This document shows positions 58,623 through 64,000 of a stretch of DNA of 64,000 nt, one piece after another (positions within the stretch are counted from its first letter, which is position 1; every line of letters starts with the position of its first letter). This stretch comes from Candidatus Poribacteria bacterium (GTDB lineage: Bacteria > Poribacteria > WGA-4E > WGA-3G). The notes under the pieces were generated by a model. That model made no database searches and was not told the DNA's origin. It saw only the letters and a program-made list of their open reading frames with translations. The position numbers and the translations under genes were made by a program. Location: positions 4,096,001 to 4,160,000 of the forward strand of contig OZ251518.1 of assembly GCA_965242965.1 (NCBI GenBank). Direction: 5' to 3'.

Positions 58623-58692
58623 GTGCGTGCTCCTTTGCGCGGTTTGTTAAAAGGTGTTACGTTTAGTATAGCATATTCTGGGGGAAATGTGG

Positions 58693-59690
58693 AGCAGGAT
58701 TTGCAGGATTTATAGGATTTACAAGATGAAGAGAAAATGGGTTTTACCGTAGCGCGGGGGCCTGTCCCCCGCGAGCGTTCAATTGTTTGAAGCAGGATTT
58801 ACAAGATTTATAGGATTTGCAGGATTATCTCTCACGCAACGAGCCTTCTTTTTGCAACGGATGCCTCTTCAGGTCCTTTAGGGACCTGCATGTCTATAGA
58901 AAAACGGACCTGCCACCGTTTTCAAGGTCCTACAGACCTTAGGTTCATCGTGGTGCGGGGGCTATAGACATTAAGGTTTTACAGACCTTAAGTCCCGAGA
59001 GGAAACCCCACCTTTTTTCGTAGGGCGGGGGCCTGTCCCCCGCGATGCTAATTGGCTGAAGCAGGCTGAACCTAAGTAGTTCGGGATCGCCTGATCCCGA
59101 ACGGGTCAAGATCGGGCGATCTTGACCTACAGAGACGAGGCAAATTATCTGTCCCCCGCGAAGCCTCTTGTTGTCTGAATCAGGATTCACAAGATTCACA
59201 CGATTTACAAGAGTATCTTTCGCGCCGCTAGCATTTTTTTGCAATGGATGCCTCTTCAGGTCCTTTAGGTCCTGCATGTCTATAGAAAACGGGTTTCCAT
59301 AATTTTCAAGGTCCGTTAGGACCTTAATGGAAATGGCAGCCAAGCGAGTCAAGGCACATTAAGGACCTAAAGGACCTTAAGTTCATCGTGGTGCGAGGAA
59401 CTATAGACATTAAGGTCTTACAGACTTTAGGTCCTGAGCGGAAACGCCACAGTTACCGTAGCGCGGGGGCCTGTCCCCCGCGAACGTTCGATCCAAACGA
59501 AAAACGTCGCGGGGAACGTAGCGCGGGGGCCTGTCCCCCGCAATCTCTCTGCCAAAACGAGAAACGTCCGCAGCCCTAGAGGCTTGGACGTTTACTGTCA
59601 CGATCGATGCATGGCGAGGGACAGGCCCTCGCCCTACGGTGGTAGGAGGGTTTTTTAGGTGCCGTAGCGCGAGGGCCTGTCCCCCGTAAT
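58693..59690. repeat. Large repeat cluster: REPs, two AGGACCT modules, 9-bp period CAGGATTTA-type tandems
   Basis: Modules at ~58871-58988 and 59258-59427; tandems at ~58694-58727, 58792-58826 and 59180-59211. Confidence 0.9.
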
Positions 59691-59863
59691 GCCAATTGAA
59701 TGCTCAGCCAATTCACATACAATAAGCGGAACGTCACTCTCCTCCAGAGATTGCACGCCTCCTCCCCGACATGCCAAAAGCCGTCGGCATTATAGACGTA
59801 CTGGACCCCATCATAAGTGAAACTAATCCCCGTCTCGTGAGGGACGCAATGAACCTTGCTCAT
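59576..59863 (-). CDS. Small hypothetical protein, C-terminus reading into REP DNA
   Basis: SD GGAGG before ATG 59863; unique N-terminal ~58 aa. Confidence 0.35.
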   Translation of the reverse strand: MSKVHCVPHETGISFTYDGVQYVYNADGFWHVGEEACNLWRRVTFRLLYVNWLSIQLALRGTGPRATAPKKPSYHRRARACPSPCIDRDSKRPSL

Positions 59864-60074
59864 ACCTCCGCCTCCGTTTCTCGCTGCACTCAATCAAACG
59901 ATTAGCACGCCGAGAACACTCATCAAGCGAAATCTTTCCCGCCTGATAATCATCTGCAATCTGTTCCCACGCAGCGATAATATCCTGCGCCCGCGGACAC
60001 GGTTCTGTCAAAACAGAATACGCAATCACCGCAAGCAATGCACCGATGATAACGCCAATTAATAAATTGTTCAT
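59823..60074 (-). CDS. Small membrane-anchored hypothetical protein
   Basis: N-terminal TM segment LLIGVIIGALLAVIAY. Confidence 0.5.
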   Translation of the reverse strand: MNNLLIGVIIGALLAVIAYSVLTEPCPRAQDIIAAWEQIADDYQAGKISLDECSRRANRLIECSEKRRRRYEQGSLRPSRDGD

Positions 60075-60093
60075 AATGGATTCAAATGAAATG

Positions 60094-60130
60094 CGAAACC
60101 CCGCCGTGAAAAATCCACAGCGAGGTTTCG
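60094..60130. terminator. Stem-loop downstream of the peptidase-like gene
   Basis: CGAAACCCCGCCGTG-loop-CACAGCGAGGTTTCG imperfect hairpin; no clear U-tract. Confidence 0.4.
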
Positions 60131-60153
60131 GTTATGCGCGTGATGCGCGCGGG

Positions 60154-61923
60154 TTAATTATGCCATTGATAGGTGCCGCCGCCCGGACGACGCGCGCGAC
60201 AACTACCATTGCCTTTAGAACATTTCGTATATGTCAGACCGCAGCCGCTGCGGGTGCAAGTATAAGACGTTGCATGCCACGCAACAGCGGAGCTATTGCA
60301 ACTCCAATAACTATGCCCGGCACCACAGGTGCTTTGGTGGGCGGTTCGGCTGGAGGCGCGGCCGCCGGAGGTGCAGGCACCTGAGCCTCGCCATGTGTTG
60401 CCGCATCGGACAGTTGTCGGTGTCGATGTCGTTGGCGCAGCCGGCGCAGTGTCGGTGCTAGTTCCGCCATCAGCACCATCATCATCGTCATCACTACCAC
60501 CATCGTTATCGCCACCGTTGTTAGACGAAGCCTTGGGCTTCGTCTTTATCGTTCTGGGGGAACCCAGGCTGCTGCCAGCGGGAGGAATCCAATTGGTGGG
60601 CCGCCAATCCGCATGCACGTGCCCAGTAGTGTAAATTTTTCTATACCTGTGAGAACCGGCTTTCAAGGCGGCATCCTTCAGTGCTGTTCGATCCGCGGAA
60701 GTTATATTGCCATCACCGTTTGCATCCGGTAGCGACGTTTTTGATCCGTCGACTTTCCCGTTTTTGTAGACGATTTTTCCGCCGATATCTAGGGCGCAGC
60801 CGTATTGGTGCAGCCCGTGCGCTGATGTCGGGGGATCACCGGGGCCCACAATACAATAAACGTTGTGATGCGGATGCCGATAGCCGGATTTGACAATAAG
60901 GTCCGTTTTCGTAAGATTCACGCAGTGTGATGCCCAGGCGGCGCGCATGGAATCTAGGCCCAAATTGATCATATACGGGTAGTGTCCCCAATTGTAGACA
61001 CGGCCAGCATCAGTGGCAGTGAATTTGTCCCGGCTGGGAACCACGTTCCGGTTATGATCGACATACTCCTGTCGGAGGCCGTCTTTTTGGTCTTGCGTGA
61101 CTGTCAGCAACTTTGTGACCGTGCCGCCATCAGAGGTGGTACCGGTAAAGCGGATTGTCAGATACATTCTTATTGCATCTCTACCCGGATAATCTGTCTT
61201 GCTCCCCGGATCTGGCGGTTCCAGATTAGGGTTACACTCATTTTCTTCCTGATGCGCGTTGCCGTTCAGCGTGGCCTTGTATTTCCAGACTTTGCTGAAC
61301 CCAGACCCTTCTGGATCCGGGTCCACTGTGCTGCTATCAACAGTGAAACCATGGGACATTGTGACTGTCCAAGTTGCACCCGTGATTTCACAAGTGTTCG
61401 GCGGTTGACTGCCATCGTAAGTAACCTCTGCTTCCACCTCACAGGTTGTCTCTGTGTCGGTGATGAAGGTAGTCGCGATGGTTTCGCTGCTTTGTCCGAT
61501 AGTCAGTTTCTTGAACGTGACGGTCGGTGCTGTGCAACTCTGCTGCGGTTGCTGTCGTCTCGGAGTCTGTTCCCGCTGAGGCGTTTGACTCGTTGTCTGA
61601 CTCGTTGTCTGACTCGTTGTCTGACTCGTTGTCTGACGTGTCGTTGGTGCCGGTGTCGTTGCCTGCGCACGGTGCGCCTGCCCAGCATGCCGGGTTCGCG
61701 AGCCCGCATGACATCCCCAGTAGGCATGTTCTCCGCTAGGGCATCTGACTATGTGTTGGTACCGGTTGTTCCGAACCCAGCCGCCACGGTCACACGTGAG
61801 TCCGTACTTAGTAATCAGGCCACAGCGCACCCAGCGTGCTTCAACAGGTGCACTACTGGAGATACAGAAACAAATCGCGATAAATATCGCGAAACCTGCA
61901 TACCCAAAATATTTGCGGTTCAT
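60154..61923 (-). CDS. Secreted protein with peptidase M15-like (LAS Zn) domain and Cys/His-rich termini
   Basis: Signal peptide after SD AAGGAG; SGYR.P.HN...H..G.ALD...HVHAD motif; DANGDGNIT..D EF-hand-like insert; QTTS x4 linker. Confidence 0.65.
   Translation of the reverse strand: MNRKYFGYAGFAIFIAICFCISSSAPVEARWVRCGLITKYGLTCDRGGWVRNNRYQHIVRCPSGEHAYWGCHAGSRTRHAGQAHRAQATTPAPTTRQTTSQTTSQTTSQTTSQTPQREQTPRRQQPQQSCTAPTVTFKKLTIGQSSETIATTFITDTETTCEVEAEVTYDGSQPPNTCEITGATWTVTMSHGFTVDSSTVDPDPEGSGFSKVWKYKATLNGNAHQEENECNPNLEPPDPGSKTDYPGRDAIRMYLTIRFTGTTSDGGTVTKLLTVTQDQKDGLRQEYVDHNRNVVPSRDKFTATDAGRVYNWGHYPYMINLGLDSMRAAWASHCVNLTKTDLIVKSGYRHPHHNVYCIVGPGDPPTSAHGLHQYGCALDIGGKIVYKNGKVDGSKTSLPDANGDGNITSADRTALKDAALKAGSHRYRKIYTTGHVHADWRPTNWIPPAGSSLGSPRTIKTKPKASSNNGGDNDGGSDDDDDGADGGTSTDTAPAAPTTSTPTTVRCGNTWRGSGACTSGGRASSRTAHQSTCGAGHSYWSCNSSAVAWHATSYTCTRSGCGLTYTKCSKGNGSCRARRPGGGTYQWHN
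61586..61633. repeat. 12-bp tandem repeat x4 (QTTS)
   Basis: TGACTCGTTGTC x4. Confidence 0.95.
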
Positions 61924-62117
61924 TGAAAAATTCTCCTTTTGATACGCGCGCCAAGAAGGCGCGCCGTTGATAAACATAATCTCTCTCTCCGCGCGAAACG
62001 TTCGCACGGCCCTGTACCTAGAGTTATGTCAAAACGTTCTGTTTTGACAGGTTAGTATTTAGGCGCAGGAGAGGCTTTCCTTTCCCACGCGCGACGGTAA
62101 CTGTCGGAGTTATGCTA

Positions 62118-62945
62118 CTATCTTTTTAGGACAGCGATAGCCTCCGCCACGCGCCGTTTACCATAAGGGCTCAGGGATTCCTTGGCAAGCAGCAGATTAA
62201 ATTTTGGCAGGATAATATGTTCAACGATGCCGCCTAGGTCTGCCCGGCGCTGCGCCCCGATTTGGCCTAAGATATCAGAGACAACATACAGGCCCATCGA
62301 ATCTTCTTTCGCTTTGAGTGCCTCGTCTAGATAAGGTATCAGATAGGGGACGGTGGGCGGCCCCATGGCGACGAGTGCTTCTTCAATAGGCTTGCCCGAG
62401 ATGGGGCTCTCGCACTCATAAGCGACGAAGACTTCAATAGAGCGCGGGTCGCGGAGGGCGGCGAGTTCCTCCAGCAGTATAATGAGATCTTCGGAGTTAT
62501 CCTCAGTACTTCCTTCCGGGGCAAGTTCCATCGGTGGTGGCATCAATTGCTGGACAAGCCCCGCCGTTCTCGGGTCTGCATTACCACCCCAGGCGAACGG
62601 GTTATCAGCGATGTAGTCGAGTTTCGCCCAGGCCTTAGCAACAGGATCCTCGGCATCCAGTTTGTCAAACCCTTCCGGTTTGACGGCCTCGTGCGGCCTG
62701 CCCGTGCTCGGTTCCCAGTCAACACTCGGTATCAGTTCGTCTCCACCGGTCTCGTTATCATGTGCATCATCGGCGTGCCACTCGTCACCGTGCCAATGAC
62801 CACCCGCTTGTTCTTCGGCAGGTGGTGCCGGCGGCACAGGCAGCGATGCATCAAACCGCTGCTTCTGCCATTCCGCATAGAAATAAATAGCGAGACAGAT
62901 AGCCAGCAAGATGCACAAGCCACTGATCAGCGTTTTCGGTTTCAT
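62118..62945 (-). CDS. Hypothetical N-terminally anchored protein with GGHWHGDEWH motif and HEAT-like C-terminus
   Basis: TM segment; GGHWHGDEWH; LRDPRSIE..., ALVAMGPPTVPYLI; SD AAGGAG before 62945. Confidence 0.75.
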   Translation of the reverse strand: MKPKTLISGLCILLAICLAIYFYAEWQKQRFDASLPVPPAPPAEEQAGGHWHGDEWHADDAHDNETGGDELIPSVDWEPSTGRPHEAVKPEGFDKLDAEDPVAKAWAKLDYIADNPFAWGGNADPRTAGLVQQLMPPPMELAPEGSTEDNSEDLIILLEELAALRDPRSIEVFVAYECESPISGKPIEEALVAMGPPTVPYLIPYLDEALKAKEDSMGLYVVSDILGQIGAQRRADLGGIVEHIILPKFNLLLAKESLSPYGKRRVAEAIAVLKR

Positions 62946-62973
62946 GAGAAAATCTCCTTGGAACAGCACCTTT

Positions 62974-63459
62974 TCATCTCTCATATTGCCGAGTGAGGAA
63001 AAGGTGCTGTTCGTTCAGTGCTAACGTGATGCGCCGGTCGCCCTTTTCAAGGACAACCTGTTTCGGTTCAATCATAACCAAACGCCAGCCGTCTTGCCCC
63101 TCGTCTAGCGTCACGAAATAAACCCGCTGCGTGTCAACCGATTTCAGGACAGCTTGATAGTAACCAAGCGCGTCCTTCAAGACAGTGCCCACCAGTTGGA
63201 AAGGGACATCGCTTTTAACTTCAGCCTTCCAACCCAGAGGTAGGAACAGGTTATTATCAATAATCACCTGAAAGTATTCCGAGAGCTCTCCTTCCCCATC
63301 AGGAGAAGACCCCCGTTCAGATGACATTTCAGTTTCAGTTTGGGTTTCAGTCCGCTCAACAGAGACTACCTGTTGCGAGTGCCTCGGTTTCCGAGTCATG
63401 AACATGCCGCCGATTAGCACCAATAGGAGCATCACGATAGATGCAGCGATGGTTTTCAT
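62974..63459 (-). CDS. Hypothetical protein resembling GspC/PilP-like periplasmic beta domain
   Basis: TM segment, NNLF.P, FQLVGTV...A.L, GW.L..IEP.QV.LE. Confidence 0.5.
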   Translation of the reverse strand: MKTIAASIVMLLLVLIGGMFMTRKPRHSQQVVSVERTETQTETEMSSERGSSPDGEGELSEYFQVIIDNNLFLPLGWKAEVKSDVPFQLVGTVLKDALGYYQAVLKSVDTQRVYFVTLDEGQDGWRLVMIEPKQVVLEKGDRRITLALNEQHLFLTRQYER

Positions 63460-63548
63460 CGCAGTCTGTTTTCTCCGTTTGTTGGGCGCGCGGTTAGGCG
63501 CGCGGTTGGTAAAACGTTTTCTAGGTACGCGAGCGATGTCGCGCGGGC

Positions 63549-64000
63549 TTAGTCGGCTTCTCCAAGATGCCGAATCTCAAAGGCGTAGACGCGCATTGTA
63601 GAAAATCCATTTCTCTCAAACTCTGCGTGTCTCGTGTATGCCGCAAGAAAACCGGTGAATTCATATTTCTGCCCCGATTGATAGGCTTCCGGAAGTTTCG
63701 GCAAGTCCATCGGACGTACGCGAATAGATGGATATCCCTCAAGCCACAATTCATCAACCTCTTCAGTGAAAGGGAAGGCAGTCCAGTCAGTCACAGACGT
63801 GCTGACATAATCAACAACGCCCGTAAAACGAACAAACCGGCCATCATTATCCCACAAGTTTGCGCGCAAGTCTCGCGAGCGGACCGTCTCAACCGCTGCA
63901 TTTTCCAGTGGTGAGAGTGTGACGTTAACGGGGAGTCCGTTTAGATCGTTTTGGAACTGCCCCACGTTTGTGGCGGTGTTGGCGGGTTCACCTTGTTCTC
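63549..64000 (-). CDS. Hypothetical protein, 3' part (start outside window)
   Basis: The reading frame stays open to the window edge. Confidence 0.55.
   Translation of the reverse strand, partial: EQGEPANTATNVGQFQNDLNGLPVNVTLSPLENAAVETVRSRDLRANLWDNDGRFVRFTGVVDYVSTSVTDWTAFPFTEEVDELWLEGYPSIRVRPMDLPKLPEAYQSGQKYEFTGFLAAYTRHAEFERNGFSTMRVYAFEIRHLGEAD

Noticed and set aside
58623-58690. SOS/LexA box shared by uvrB and the dinF-like gene
   Set aside because: No shared palindromic motif was recognisable by eye.
1-64000. tRNA, rRNA, integron attC sites or a transposase gene
   Set aside because: No cloverleaf, rRNA signature, GTTRRRY-bounded attC pattern, integrase or DDE/HUH transposase ORF was recognised; covariance searches were not run.

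Overview
This is a GC-rich bacterial chromosomal window, most likely Candidatus Poribacteria. That assignment is an inference from the LamG, LRR, WD40, TPR, FG-GAP, PhyH and sulfatase repertoire and a recurrent C-terminal 'V.p..KL...W..LK' tail. There are about 40 plausible CDSs: housekeeping genes (lpxL-like, MATE, fpr, Zn-ADH, frameshifted glycerate kinase, M16 peptidase pair, uvrB), many secreted repeat proteins, and a defence-like block (helicase-less type ISP/IIG-like R-M enzyme, then four tandem mosaic AAA-ATPase/PD-(D/E)XK genes). A separate ABC-ATPase + PIN pair lies further along. Roughly 10 kb of intergenic DNA (by-eye sum) is a modular palindromic repeat system: several GTAG-led REP-like hairpin families in inverted doublets plus a ~170-bp AGGACCT module. 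Several clusters are bracketed by a shared terminal inverted repeat (GGGTGTTTCATA), two with perfect 8-bp target duplications. The repeats supply stop codons, appear inserted in frame in a signal peptide, and in one case flank an exact copy of the neighbouring gene's 3' end. No rRNA, tRNA, CRISPR/cas or transposase gene was recognised. All calls were made by eye, without database searches.
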